Positions 7,946 to 18,001 are shown, numbered from the stretch's first letter. The stretch is 62,175 bases of DNA from Thermoflexus hugenholtzii JAD2 (GCA_945865725.1 CAMBEO010000006.1:1-62175), one strand, 5' to 3'. A program made the numbers and translations. The notes: generated by a model from the letters alone, not told the origin.

Positions 7946-10756
7946 ATGGCAACGCGACCTCGATCGAGAAGTGGCGGGCCAACGCACGCCGATCGAACCG
8001 GGCCGCGGCCAACCGTTCGTCCGCTCGACTCGGGCGCCGCGCGATTACTGTTGGAAGGCGTCGCGCGCGCACTCTCGTCGGTCGCCTTGCTTGTGGCCCG
8101 GACTTTCCATCTCTTCCCCATCCGCCTCGCCATCGCGATCGTCACGGTTCCCTTGGTCCTGGTCCTTTCGTTCGCCCTCGTATTCCGGTCGGCGAACCAG
8201 GAGGTCACCTACCCGGGAGTGAGCGTCGCTGGGCACCCGCTCGGCGGGCTTGACGCCAATGCCGCACGGGCAACGGTTCGACAGGCCGTGGCCGAACGGC
8301 TCGGGGCCGAGGTGGTCCTTCGGGCAGGCGACCAGACTTGGCGCCGGAGCCTCGCGTCGCTTGGCGTGGGTGCCGATGACCACTCGATCGACCAGTGGCT
8401 CGACGATGCATGGGCAATCGGCCACCGCTCGACGTGGCGCGACTGGTGGGCCGACCAAGTTCGCCTCTTGCGCCACGGAATCGACGTTCCGGGCACCTTC
8501 ACCGTGGACCACGCACGCGCACGCGCGACGCTTGACGTGATCGCGAGGGCCGTGGAACGCGACCCGGTCGATGCCGAGGTCTCCCTCGCGCCCGTAGGCG
8601 ACCGATTCGAAGTGCACCTGACCCCGGCAAAGGCTGGGTTGCGTGTCGATGTTGATGGCACCATCGAGTTGATCTCGGCGTACGCCCGCCGTCCGAACCC
8701 CGGCAGCATCGAGGTCGCCCTCATCGTGAACCGGGCCGCGATCGACGCCGACGACCTGCGTGCGGCCACGACCGGGGCCAGTGCCCTCGTGGACGACCCG
8801 ATCGAACTGGTCGACCCAGCCGACCCGTCCCGGCGTTTGGTACTCGATCCCCGGGCCGCGCACGCGATGCTCGACCTTCGTCGCGACACTGCCGGAGGCA
8901 TTGAGGCACGCTTCGATCCCGTAGCCCTCCGGGCGTGGGTTGAGGCGGTTTCTCGCGAGGCCGCACGGCCCGCGACAAACCCTCATCTCACCAGAGTTGA
9001 CGGTCGGATTCAGTTTCAGGTCGGCAGCGTTGGCCGGGCGATTTCCGTCGAGGCGACGGCGCGGCGCATCGAAGCCGCCCTGCCAACCGCGCGCCATGAC
9101 GTACCGATGGCGTTCGTGCCGGATCCCCCATGGGTGCCAGCGGTTGCCATGGAACAGGCATTCCTGCAGCTGGAAGAGGCCACCTCCGCGCCCTTGGCGC
9201 TGGTATTGCCTGCCGATGGTGGCCGACCAGGTCGCGTCGTGGTCGCGTCCAGCGAAACGATCCGCGCCTGGATCGCCCTTCCGGACGCGCAGGCAATCCC
9301 GCGAGACACCGCGCGAATGCCGGTCGCCTCGCGCCCGCGGCTCGAGTGGGGGATTGATCGCGCGGCGCTTGAGCGGTTCGTGTCGCGCGAGATCTTGCCG
9401 GTCGTGGATGCCGCACCGGTCAATGCCCGCATCGCGGTCATCGCGCGGTCCGGGCCACCAACGCCGAGCGGCCCGGCGATGGTCCCGACACCAACCATGG
9501 CGAGCGATCCAGTTGGTTTCGCCCTCGCTCGCTTGTCGTGGACGGCGACGCCGCTCGGCACCAGGACCCCATCGATCGGCGCCGCCACGGCGATCGCCCA
9601 AGGGACGGCCCTCGCGGCCCTCACCGTGACCGCGACTCCTCGCGCATCGGCCTCGCCGGTCGCACTGGCGACGTCATCCGAGGCCCTCCCACGTATCGGA
9701 TCGTCAACCCCGGGGGCGACGCCCGCAAGCATCACGCCTGCCCAGCTCACGGCTGCACCAACTTCCATGCCCGGGTCGCCTCCCTCGTTGGACGGCCAGA
9801 CACTTCCCCAGTTCGCCGCCGTGGTCGTCCCGGGTCGACCAGGGCGAGGGATCGACGTCGAAGTCCTCGCGAGGGTGATCGACGTCCGACTGCATGAGGG
9901 ACTTCCGCCGCTTCAGCCGATCCTCGCAGTGCCGCCACCGTCAGTTCCGGGGCAATCAGGTTCCGCTGGCACACCCGCAGCACCCGGAGCGACCATCACG
10001 CGCACGCCGACAGCGACACCATCCGCCACCGCGACGCCGACCCCCTCCGCGACCGCGACGGCCTCTCCGACATCGACCGCAACGAGGGCGACGTCGCCTG
10101 AGCCGGGGGGAGTGCTCGGGACGCCGCCCGATCCCGCACGGATGGGCGCTACTCCCAGTGCGGGTGCTGCGATGACCACTTTCGATCCGCTCACCGCGGT
10201 CACGGGAATGCGGGCCGTGGTCATCCCGATCATCGACCGACAACCCGTCGTCGGCTTGGACGCGCTGGAAGGGGCCGCGCGCCAGGCAACGGTTCTCGTG
10301 CGTGCGCCAATTTTGGTCGAGTGGTCCGACCGCGAGTGGGTGATCGATGCGAATGATCTCGTTGACTTGCTTCGGTTCGGCCCTGGGGCGGTGACTGGAA
10401 CGGTCGCCTACCTGAGCCGCGACGGCCTGATCGCGACTGCAGACCGGATCGCGCGGGATGCGGTCCGCCTGGCGGACGCGCCTGTTGACGAGGCGGGCGA
10501 CGTGCTTTCGGTCGACGTGCCTCGGACGGCCGCGGCGATCTGGTCCGCGGCAAACGGTGACGGCGCGGCGCGGCGCGCGGAGGTGGCGTGGATCGAGGAC
10601 GAGCCAACGCCGGTGCGTGCTGCATCAACCCCGGCGTCGGGTTCCGGGAAGCCAGCCGAGACGCGCACTCCCGTCCGGAACCCGCGCACGCAGGTCGATG
10701 GCGCGGCGACCGCAATCCCCGGCACGCCTTCGCCCACGGTCGTAGGGCTTCCCTAG
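7946..10756 (+). CDS. Membrane-anchored protein with YoaR/VanW-type PG_binding_4 repeats and Pro/Thr/Ser/Ala-rich linkers
   Basis: N-terminal TM, 'YPGVSVAGHPLGGL', 'LASLGV', 'DPVDA', 'PAKAGLRVD', repeated related units; PTATP tracts. Confidence 0.75.
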   Translation: MATRPRSRSGGPTHADRTGPRPTVRPLDSGAARLLLEGVARALSSVALLVARTFHLFPIRLAIAIVTVPLVLVLSFALVFRSANQEVTYPGVSVAGHPLGGLDANAARATVRQAVAERLGAEVVLRAGDQTWRRSLASLGVGADDHSIDQWLDDAWAIGHRSTWRDWWADQVRLLRHGIDVPGTFTVDHARARATLDVIARAVERDPVDAEVSLAPVGDRFEVHLTPAKAGLRVDVDGTIELISAYARRPNPGSIEVALIVNRAAIDADDLRAATTGASALVDDPIELVDPADPSRRLVLDPRAAHAMLDLRRDTAGGIEARFDPVALRAWVEAVSREAARPATNPHLTRVDGRIQFQVGSVGRAISVEATARRIEAALPTARHDVPMAFVPDPPWVPAVAMEQAFLQLEEATSAPLALVLPADGGRPGRVVVASSETIRAWIALPDAQAIPRDTARMPVASRPRLEWGIDRAALERFVSREILPVVDAAPVNARIAVIARSGPPTPSGPAMVPTPTMASDPVGFALARLSWTATPLGTRTPSIGAATAIAQGTALAALTVTATPRASASPVALATSSEALPRIGSSTPGATPASITPAQLTAAPTSMPGSPPSLDGQTLPQFAAVVVPGRPGRGIDVEVLARVIDVRLHEGLPPLQPILAVPPPSVPGQSGSAGTPAAPGATITRTPTATPSATATPTPSATATASPTSTATRATSPEPGGVLGTPPDPARMGATPSAGAAMTTFDPLTAVTGMRAVVIPIIDRQPVVGLDALEGAARQATVLVRAPILVEWSDREWVIDANDLVDLLRFGPGAVTGTVAYLSRDGLIATADRIARDAVRLADAPVDEAGDVLSVDVPRTAAAIWSAANGDGAARRAEVAWIEDEPTPVRAASTPASGSGKPAETRTPVRNPRTQVDGAATAIPGTPSPTVVGLP

Positions 10757-10893
10757 CGGCCAGGACGCGTGCCGGTCTATCGGATCGCGTTGTTCGACCC
10801 GTCAACGGTCACGATGGCCGATAGTCAATCCCGCCCGGCGCACGAGCCCTACCCGGGTTTGCGACTGAGGCGTGGTTCTAGCGGAGACCTTCC

Positions 10894-11694
10894 CTAGATG
10901 CCGAGGCGCCTGCCAAGTTCTCGGATCGCCTCGATCGACCCTTCGATCGCAGACGTCTCGAACCGAGACCACGCCTCGTCCGGCACGAGCAGACGCGCCC
11001 TCGCGACGCTCGCCTCCCACTCCGGGAGGTGGCGATCCCGCACGGCCACGAGCGTCGAGTCGGGCACGCCGAGTGCGCGCAGGTCGAGCGGCTCCGCCTG
11101 CATCAAGTCGCGGTCGTGGCGCACGTACGTTGCCTCAGCGAGCCATGGGTCCGCCTGAGTGAGCACGCGATTGACCACGGCGGAGAGAAGGCGCTCGACC
11201 GCCGCGTGGTCGATCCATGGCGGAGCCACGGCGTAGGGCACGCGGGCGAGTTCGATGGTTCGGTCGATGTCGTCGACGGGCAGGCGATCAGCGATCAGCC
11301 AGATGCCGTGGTGGGCGGCGCGCTCGGCAGGGAACGCGGGCAAGCGCGACTGGAGATGCGTCCAGTTGGCGACATCCGCGAGGACGTGGGCGAGGTAGCC
11401 GATGCACCACGCGAGGGCGGCGTCCGACCGGTCCGGGAGCGCGTCCCCGAACCCGCGCTTTAGGAACGCATCGACGATCGTCGTCACTCCCCACGTCGAC
11501 GGGTCCCGGTCGTCGTAGAAGTGCGAGCCAACCTTGTCCGCGCCCGCGAACAACCGGATCGCGTCCGGCGCGACGCCCCCCGCGAAATACGCCTCGGGCG
11601 CGGCGATCACCGACGCATGCGCCCAAGGGATACGGCCCTGCAGGGCCGAACGCGTACGAACTAGGAGGGCCCAATGGGCGCGAACTCGGGGCAT
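10894..11694 (-). CDS. Zinc-dependent phospholipase C-like protein
   Basis: 'MP....H' N-terminus, 'GGVAPDA', 'SHFY', 'GYLAHVLAD'. Confidence 0.65.
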   Translation of the reverse strand: MPRVRAHWALLVRTRSALQGRIPWAHASVIAAPEAYFAGGVAPDAIRLFAGADKVGSHFYDDRDPSTWGVTTIVDAFLKRGFGDALPDRSDAALAWCIGYLAHVLADVANWTHLQSRLPAFPAERAAHHGIWLIADRLPVDDIDRTIELARVPYAVAPPWIDHAAVERLLSAVVNRVLTQADPWLAEATYVRHDRDLMQAEPLDLRALGVPDSTLVAVRDRHLPEWEASVARARLLVPDEAWSRFETSAIEGSIEAIRELGRRLGI

Positions 11695-11811
11695 CGGGTG
11701 ATGGGGATCGACTGTGAGATGCGGAGGGGAACGCTCCCTGTCCGTGGTTGGCGGGAATTCGGAGAGCCCAGTCCGAGCGAGCGCGGGGCGCGGAGGGGAT
11801 CGCTCCTCGTC

Positions 11812-14244
11812 CTACTCGATGACCTCTTCCTGCTCCTCGACCTCTTCCTCGATGACCACGTCAATGTCCAGGCTAAGGGCAGGAGGGGTCCAGGCGACGG
11901 ATGACTTGCCGCGGGCGGGGTCGGCAAGAGCGGTCAAGATCGGCTCGCCCGAGATCGGCAATGTCGTCACTCGTGCGCCACACGCATCGTAGACGGCGTT
12001 CGCAACGGCTCCGAGCGTCGGCACGATCGGCACCTCGCCGACGCCGCGCACGCCATACGGGCCATCGACGGCAGGCACCTCGACAAGCAGGCACTCGACG
12101 TTTGGCGCGTCAAGTGCCGTCGGCATGCGGTAGTCCAGGAGGCCCGGGTTCCGCAGGCGCCCCTCGTTGTCGTACACGAAGCCCTCGGTCAGCGCCCATC
12201 CCAATCCCTGGACGACGCCGCCCTGGATCTGGCCCTCGACTGCGGTCGGGTTGATGGCCTTGCCGACATCCTGCGCGGCGACGACGTTCGTGACGACGAC
12301 TGCGCCCGTCTCCGGGTCGACCTCGACCTCGACAAGTTGCGTCGCGAATGCGGGGGCGCGCAGCAAGTGCGTGACCTCGCCCGTGCCCACGACGGGGCCC
12401 TGTCCGGACCCTGACGATCCCCGCGCGACCTGCCCGATCGTCAGGCGGTGGGCCGGAGCCAGCGTGGACCAGAGCTCGCCACCACGGTACTCGACGTCGT
12501 CGGGCGGGCATCGGAGGACGGTCGCCGCCCGTTGGCGCAACTGGGTCCGGGCGTCGATCGCCGCGCGATACACGGCGGTGCCCAGGCTGTAGGTGATGCG
12601 ACTGCCGCCGGTCGGGTTGCTGAACGGCGCCACGTCCGTATCGGCTTGCACGACCTGTACCCGCTCGTAGGGGATCTGAAGTTCCTCGGCAGCGATCTGC
12701 GCCATCGTCGTGCGGGTGCCCGCAAGGTCGACGGCCCCCGTCACGACGACGGCGGACCCGTCCTCGTTGATGTTGATGTGTGCGGTGGACGTGCCGACGC
12801 CCCCGCCCCACAGGCCGCACCCCACCCCGCGGCCTCGCAGCCACCCCTCGCGCGAAGGCGGGGACTTGGGGCTCGTCCACGCCGGATGGGAGGCGATGGC
12901 GTTCAGGGTCTCTTTCAAGCCAATCCGCGGGTACGGCACGTCGGACGGGTTGCGGTCGCCCTCGGCGACGGCGTTCTTCAGCCTGAGAGCGACGGGAGAC
13001 ATGCCGAGCTCGTCGGCAAGCATGTCCAGCGCGCTCTCGACGCCATAGGCGCCCTGCGGACCGTTCGGTGCGCGGTACGCCCCCGTGCTCGGCCGGTTGG
13101 TGAGCACGTCATACCCGACGTAGTGGTAGTCCTGGATGGCGTACGACCCGAAGCTGCAGTTGATCCCGCCGACGGAGCCGCCTCCCGGGTACGCGCCGAC
13201 GTCCCAGACGAAATGCGCGCGCGCGGCGACGAGGGTGCCGTCACGACGCGCGCCGACCTCGACGTGCATCGAGGTGTCCGGAGCGGGCCGCGTCGCTCGC
13301 AGGACGTCGGAGCGCGACAACTGCATCTTGACCGGTCGGCCGGTGACGTAGGCCAGGACGGCGCAAATCGGCTCGAGGGTCATCGCGCCCTTCGCGCCAA
13401 ACCCCCCGCCAACCTCGGAAGCGGTGACCCGCACGCGCCGTGGCGGGACCTTGAGGAAGCCCGCGAGACCGCTCCGCACGCCGAACGACCCTTGGGTCGA
13501 CGTCCAAATCGAAAAGCGTCCGTCGGGGGCGTACTCGGCGAGGCACGCCTGCGGCTCGATGTATCCCTGGTGGACCATCGCGGTGCGGAAGGACGCCGCG
13601 ATGCGCACGTCCGCGGACGCAAGGGCCGCGTCGACGTCGCCCTTCGACATCTCGGTGACCTTGGCGACGTTGCTCGGCGTGCGGGCCTTGCCGGCAAAGG
13701 TCTCGGTGAAGACCCCGTCGTGGATCGGCGTCGCCTCGCGCCGCATCGAGACCTCCGGGTCAAGGACGACCGGGAGCGGCTCGTACTCGACCGTGATGAG
13801 GGCGAGTGCCTCCTCGGCGATGGTCGGCGAGATCGCGGCGGCGACCGCCACCGGCTCGTGGTGGAACACCGCCTTCCGCCACGCGAGGATGCGCTTCCCG
13901 CGCGAGGGGACGTCGAACTCCTCGGGCGCGGCAGCGGTCTCCGAGATTCGCGCGACGATGCCGGGCAGGTCCGCGCCGGTCACCACCGCATGCACGCCCG
14001 GGAGCGCGCGCGCCGCGGCCGTGTCGATCGAAACGATGCGCGCATGGGCATGGGCGCTGCCGAGGAAGCGCGCCCACAGCATGTTCGGCCGTGACGTGTC
14101 GGCGCCGTACTGCGCCTTGCCGGTGACCTTCTCGGTTCCCTCGATCTTGGGCACCCGTTGCCCGATCACGGTGCGGGTCGGAACGGTCACGTCGGCCTCC
14201 GGCGTGCGGGTGGGGATACCGGTCGGGATTTGAGTCGTGGTCAT
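11812..14244 (-). CDS. Xanthine dehydrogenase-family molybdopterin-binding large subunit
   Basis: 'KVTGKAQY', 'HQGYIEP', 'STQG', 'VGGGFGAK', 'AYRAPNG', 'DVGKAINP..VEGQIQGG', 'GVGEVP'. Confidence 0.95.
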   Translation of the reverse strand: MTTTQIPTGIPTRTPEADVTVPTRTVIGQRVPKIEGTEKVTGKAQYGADTSRPNMLWARFLGSAHAHARIVSIDTAAARALPGVHAVVTGADLPGIVARISETAAAPEEFDVPSRGKRILAWRKAVFHHEPVAVAAAISPTIAEEALALITVEYEPLPVVLDPEVSMRREATPIHDGVFTETFAGKARTPSNVAKVTEMSKGDVDAALASADVRIAASFRTAMVHQGYIEPQACLAEYAPDGRFSIWTSTQGSFGVRSGLAGFLKVPPRRVRVTASEVGGGFGAKGAMTLEPICAVLAYVTGRPVKMQLSRSDVLRATRPAPDTSMHVEVGARRDGTLVAARAHFVWDVGAYPGGGSVGGINCSFGSYAIQDYHYVGYDVLTNRPSTGAYRAPNGPQGAYGVESALDMLADELGMSPVALRLKNAVAEGDRNPSDVPYPRIGLKETLNAIASHPAWTSPKSPPSREGWLRGRGVGCGLWGGGVGTSTAHININEDGSAVVVTGAVDLAGTRTTMAQIAAEELQIPYERVQVVQADTDVAPFSNPTGGSRITYSLGTAVYRAAIDARTQLRQRAATVLRCPPDDVEYRGGELWSTLAPAHRLTIGQVARGSSGSGQGPVVGTGEVTHLLRAPAFATQLVEVEVDPETGAVVVTNVVAAQDVGKAINPTAVEGQIQGGVVQGLGWALTEGFVYDNEGRLRNPGLLDYRMPTALDAPNVECLLVEVPAVDGPYGVRGVGEVPIVPTLGAVANAVYDACGARVTTLPISGEPILTALADPARGKSSVAWTPPALSLDIDVVIEEEVEEQEEVIE

Positions 14245-14289
14245 CGGTCATCGCTCCCGGCGCGGCGCGCCTGGCAGGGAAACTGGCGG

Positions 14290-14760
14290 CTAGCGGGACG
14301 CCTCGGCTGCGACCTCGATGGCCCGCACGATCTTGTCGTACCCGGTGCAACGGCAAAGGTTGCCCGCGATCGCGTAGCGGATCTCGGTCTCGGTCGGGGT
14401 CGGGTTCCGGTCCAGGAGGGCGACGGCGGACAGCACCATGCCAGGCGTGCAGATGCCGCACTGGAGGCCACCCTCGTTGACGAACGCCTCCTGAACTGGA
14501 TGGAGCGTGTTGTCCGTCGCGATGCCCTCGATCGTGATCACTTCCTTGCCCTCGACCTCGGGGGCGAGGACGAGGCAGGCGTTCACCGGACTGCCGTCGA
14601 GGAGGACCGTGCAGGCCCCGCAGTCGCCGGTTCCGCACCCTTCCTTCGTCCCGGTCAGGCCGATGGTGTCGCGCAGGGCCTCGAGCAACGTACGGTGAGG
14701 GTCGGTAAAGAGCTCGTGCTCCTCGCCGTTGATTCGGGCGTTTACGATCATCCTGGGCAC
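14290..14760 (-). CDS. (2Fe-2S)-binding small subunit of Mo hydroxylase (CoxS/CutS family)
   Basis: 'GTKEGCGTGDCGACTV', 'QCGICTPG', 'GNLCRCTGY'. Confidence 0.96.
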   Translation of the reverse strand: MPRMIVNARINGEEHELFTDPHRTLLEALRDTIGLTGTKEGCGTGDCGACTVLLDGSPVNACLVLAPEVEGKEVITIEGIATDNTLHPVQEAFVNEGGLQCGICTPGMVLSAVALLDRNPTPTETEIRYAIAGNLCRCTGYDKIVRAIEVAAEASR

Positions 14761-14829
14761 CGGGTTCTCCTGGACGGCGTCGTTCGATAGTTCATGCCGG
14801 GTCGTCCGCGCCCGGACGAGCGTCGCAAC

Positions 14830-15702
14830 TCAAGCGGCCAGGGCACGGCCGATCGCGATCTTGATCGCGCGGCGCGCAAGCACCTCGACAAGGTGCCGAC
14901 GCCATGCCGCCGACCCTCGCTGGTCTGAGATCGGGCGGGCCTCGCCAGCGGCGATACGCGCGACCTCCGCGATCGTCGCGTCATCTGGAGCCTGCCCGAC
15001 GGCACGTGCCCCCGCCTCGCGCGCGAGGAAGGGCGTCGGCCCGACGGCTCCGAGCGCGACGCGAAGTGATGCGACGTCGCCACGGGCGTCGAGCGCCACG
15101 CTGGCTGCGACGCCCACGACGGCGATGTCCATCTCCTGCCTTGGCGTGTGCCGGAGGTACGCGGACCCGGACTTCGATGGAGGTGACGGCACGCGGATCG
15201 AGACGAGCACCTCGTCGGCGCCTAGCACGGTGCGACCCGGCCCGACGAAGAAATCGACCAGCGGGATCTCGCGTCGCCCGGTCGCACCATGGACGTCGAT
15301 GACCGCGTCAAGGACGAGGAGCGGGGGCGCGCAGTCGGCGGACGGGGCCGCGTTGCAGAGGTTGCCCCCCACCGTCCCCCGGTTCTGGATCTGGTACGAG
15401 CCGACGAGCGAGGCGCCCGTGGAGATGGCGGAGAAGCGGCGGCGGATCTCGGGATGATCCGCGACCTCGCCGAGCGAAACGCGCGCGCCGATTTCCAAGC
15501 CACCGGCTTCGTCGAACGAGACGCGCGAAAGTTCGTGCACGTCACGCAAGCTGACGACGTACCTCGGGACGCTTCCGCGCTCCTTCGCCTGGACGAGAAG
15601 GTCAGTACCCCCGGCGAGGATCCGTCCGCCGGGACCTTCCCGCTCGAGGACCGCAACCGCTTCGGCGAGTGAGGAGGGCGCGTGATAGGCGAACGCACGC
15701 AT
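14830..15702 (-). CDS. FAD-binding medium subunit of Mo hydroxylase (CoxM/CutM family)
   Basis: 'FAYHAP', 'LAGGTDL', 'QIQNRGTVGGNLCNAAPSAD', 'PISDQRGSA'. Confidence 0.95.
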   Translation of the reverse strand: MRAFAYHAPSSLAEAVAVLEREGPGGRILAGGTDLLVQAKERGSVPRYVVSLRDVHELSRVSFDEAGGLEIGARVSLGEVADHPEIRRRFSAISTGASLVGSYQIQNRGTVGGNLCNAAPSADCAPPLLVLDAVIDVHGATGRREIPLVDFFVGPGRTVLGADEVLVSIRVPSPPSKSGSAYLRHTPRQEMDIAVVGVAASVALDARGDVASLRVALGAVGPTPFLAREAGARAVGQAPDDATIAEVARIAAGEARPISDQRGSAAWRRHLVEVLARRAIKIAIGRALAA

Positions 15703-15829
15703 CGTGAGGGGGCTCCGGGGCGAAGGTCTGACGCCGTCCCGTCTGGGACCATGGCGCGAGGACCCGGTCGTCCGCCCGTGGCCCTCAACCGCTGTCGCGT
15801 TGATTGTAGCCCCGGTACGTTGGGAAGGC

Positions 15830-16636
15830 GTGAGTATCATCTCGCAGGATGGACCCCATCCGCCACGCAGCACGGCCGACCTGCACTTGCACACCAGGCG
15901 GAGCGACGGGGCGATGACCGCGGCGGTGCTGCTCGCCCACGTGGTGTCCCGGACGTCGCTTGGGGTCATCGCCGTCACCGATCACGACGACCTTGCCGGG
16001 GCGATCGACGCGTGGGACCGCGCACGAGACCTGCCCGGCGCAACCCCTCGAGTGATCGTCGGCACTGAGGTCACGGCTGCCTGGGGGAAGCACGTCGTCG
16101 CCCTGTTTCCATCGGCGCCATTTCCCGCGAAGCCGCTTCCGCGCTTCCGGAGCGTGCGAGACACGGTCGCCCTCATCCACGACCTCGGGGGCATCGCAGT
16201 TGCCCCGCACCCCGCGACGCCGCTGGTGCCGAGCTTGGGTGAGGGCGACATTCGACGCTTGATGGACGGAACAGCGAGGCTGGACGCGATCGAGGTTTGC
16301 ACCGGCGCGCTCCGGGGCCGGAGGCGGGAGGCCCGCATGCGCCGGCTTGCCCGGGAGCTAGGCATCGCCGAGGTCGGCTCCAGCGACGCCCACCATCTCG
16401 CGCACGTCGGGGCCGCGGTCACGCATTTCGATGGCGCCGGGATCGCCGACCTCGTCGCGGCGATCACTGGTCGGACCACCGTCGCGGGATGGGGTCAGTC
16501 AACGCGTGTCGGCCCTCGCGCGCTGCTCGCGCAAGCCGGGAGGGCGTGGGCAGTCCGACCCGCGCGCGAACTTCGGGAGGTCATGCGCCACCCACGGTTC
16601 CGGGAGCGGCTCAGACGCTTGGCTTCCGGGAACTAG
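15830..16636 (+). CDS. PHP-domain metal-dependent phosphoesterase
   Basis: 'DLHLHT..SDG', 'TDHD', 'GTEVT', 'APHP', 'SSDAH'. Confidence 0.88.
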   Translation: MSIISQDGPHPPRSTADLHLHTRRSDGAMTAAVLLAHVVSRTSLGVIAVTDHDDLAGAIDAWDRARDLPGATPRVIVGTEVTAAWGKHVVALFPSAPFPAKPLPRFRSVRDTVALIHDLGGIAVAPHPATPLVPSLGEGDIRRLMDGTARLDAIEVCTGALRGRRREARMRRLARELGIAEVGSSDAHHLAHVGAAVTHFDGAGIADLVAAITGRTTVAGWGQSTRVGPRALLAQAGRAWAVRPARELREVMRHPRFRERLRRLASGN

Positions 16637-17376
16637 CGGCCCGGCACGGTCGTCGTTGCGAGCTTCGGAAGGGCAACACCGATGTCCTGGGAAGTCGCGA
16701 CGAAGGAGATGAACTCCTCGTCGACCAGCTCGGTGATCGTCGGCGTCGTCGCCCGCTGTTCGCCGAGGTACTCGTCGTACTTGACGATCGCCGACTTCAC
16801 CACATCTGGCTTCCGTTCGAGCAGAGCCTTGAAGACGGTGTAGGTGTGGATGTCGCGCTCACCCTCCCAGTACCACTGTCCCCAGCGGTCCAGGACGCGT
16901 ATCGCGCGGTCGAGGTCGGGCATCAACTTCTGGATCGTGTCGCCGCGCCCGAGGTACCAGGCGACCCGGATCCGGGTCAAAGCGAGGGTGGCGCCGTAGA
17001 GCGGTTCCGGGGTGATGTCGAGGCTCTGAACAAGCGTCTTGACCGACTCGTCAATGGTCAAACCCACTTGCTCCAGGAGCTCGCGGTCATTCGACATCCA
17101 CGCGGCGCCGAGGACGTGCATCGCGAGCGGAGCGTAGATCCCCTGTCGACGGCCGTCGGCCTGGGCGTCCAGGAGGAGCGCCGGGGCCGCCCGGCGGTAC
17201 AGGTCCGACGCCCAGTCCATCTCCCCGAGCAGCCATGCCCCGCGAGCGGCGCGAAGCCACACGCCACCCGGGATGACGGCCCTGACGCTCTTGCGTTGCG
17301 TCTCGTCGATCAACTTGAGCGTCACGTCTAGCTCGTCGCTGATGCGCTTGGTCGCCTCGTCCGTCGTTGTCGCCAT
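16633..17376 (-). CDS. Hypothetical all-alpha protein (possible Imm49-like fold)
   Basis: Clean 247-codon ORF with typical codon bias; TATACT 7 nt upstream of ATG; amphipathic helices. Confidence 0.75.
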   Translation of the reverse strand: MATTTDEATKRISDELDVTLKLIDETQRKSVRAVIPGGVWLRAARGAWLLGEMDWASDLYRRAAPALLLDAQADGRRQGIYAPLAMHVLGAAWMSNDRELLEQVGLTIDESVKTLVQSLDITPEPLYGATLALTRIRVAWYLGRGDTIQKLMPDLDRAIRVLDRWGQWYWEGERDIHTYTVFKALLERKPDVVKSAIVKYDEYLGEQRATTPTITELVDEEFISFVATSQDIGVALPKLATTTVPGR

Positions 17377-17533
17377 GGGCGGCAGTATACCCGCGAGACC
17401 TTCACCCGGAACGCGACGCGCCAGTCGGCCAGCGCCTGTCGCGAGTGGCCCCAGTACTGGGAGCGCCAGCGTTCCGCCGTCGCGCGGGCTGGCACCACCG
17501 GCGTCCCGCAGCCTCAGGCGACCGGGGCCGGCC

Positions 17534-18001
17534 CTAACGGACCCGCTGCACGTACCACTGCCCACCACGGCGCTCGACATTCAAGATCGAGCTCGTTTCA
17601 GACCAAGCGGACCAATCGGCTGGAACCCCGTCCCGGTGGAACCGTTCGCGCGAACCATAGGTCAGGTAGACCTGACCGCGCCACGAGATCCCCTGGTCCA
17701 GGGCCTTCGCAACGGAGCCGACCGGACGCGTGCCGGTGACGGTGATCGCGCGTACTTCCGCCTCAAGCTGGTCCCCGCGGGCGCCGATCGAAATCCGTCG
17801 CGGCGCGATTGCCCACGTGCCGTTCGCGCCCAACGTGTAGCCGATCCGCGTCAACTCGTTCTCGAACGACTCGACACCCTTCCGCCCCGCGTCCGCGTCG
17901 GTGACGTCGCCGCATCCGGCTACACCTACGAAAGGAACGACGGCCGCCACGGCGAGGACTTCGCGCCGGCCAAACGTCTGGGCTGGCGGTCGGAAGGTCA
18001 C
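17534..18001 (-). CDS. Putative Tat-exported lipoprotein
   Basis: 'GRREVL' twin-arginine motif, hydrophobic stretch, lipobox VAG-C; start overlaps mnmA stop. Confidence 0.7.
   Translation of the reverse strand: MTFRPPAQTFGRREVLAVAAVVPFVGVAGCGDVTDADAGRKGVESFENELTRIGYTLGANGTWAIAPRRISIGARGDQLEAEVRAITVTGTRPVGSVAKALDQGISWRGQVYLTYGSRERFHRDGVPADWSAWSETSSILNVERRGGQWYVQRVR

Noticed and set aside
11812-15702. Aerobic CO dehydrogenase (coxMSL)
   Set aside because: The active-site loop is AYRAPNG, lacking the Cu-binding Cys of AYRCSFR; no cox accessory genes
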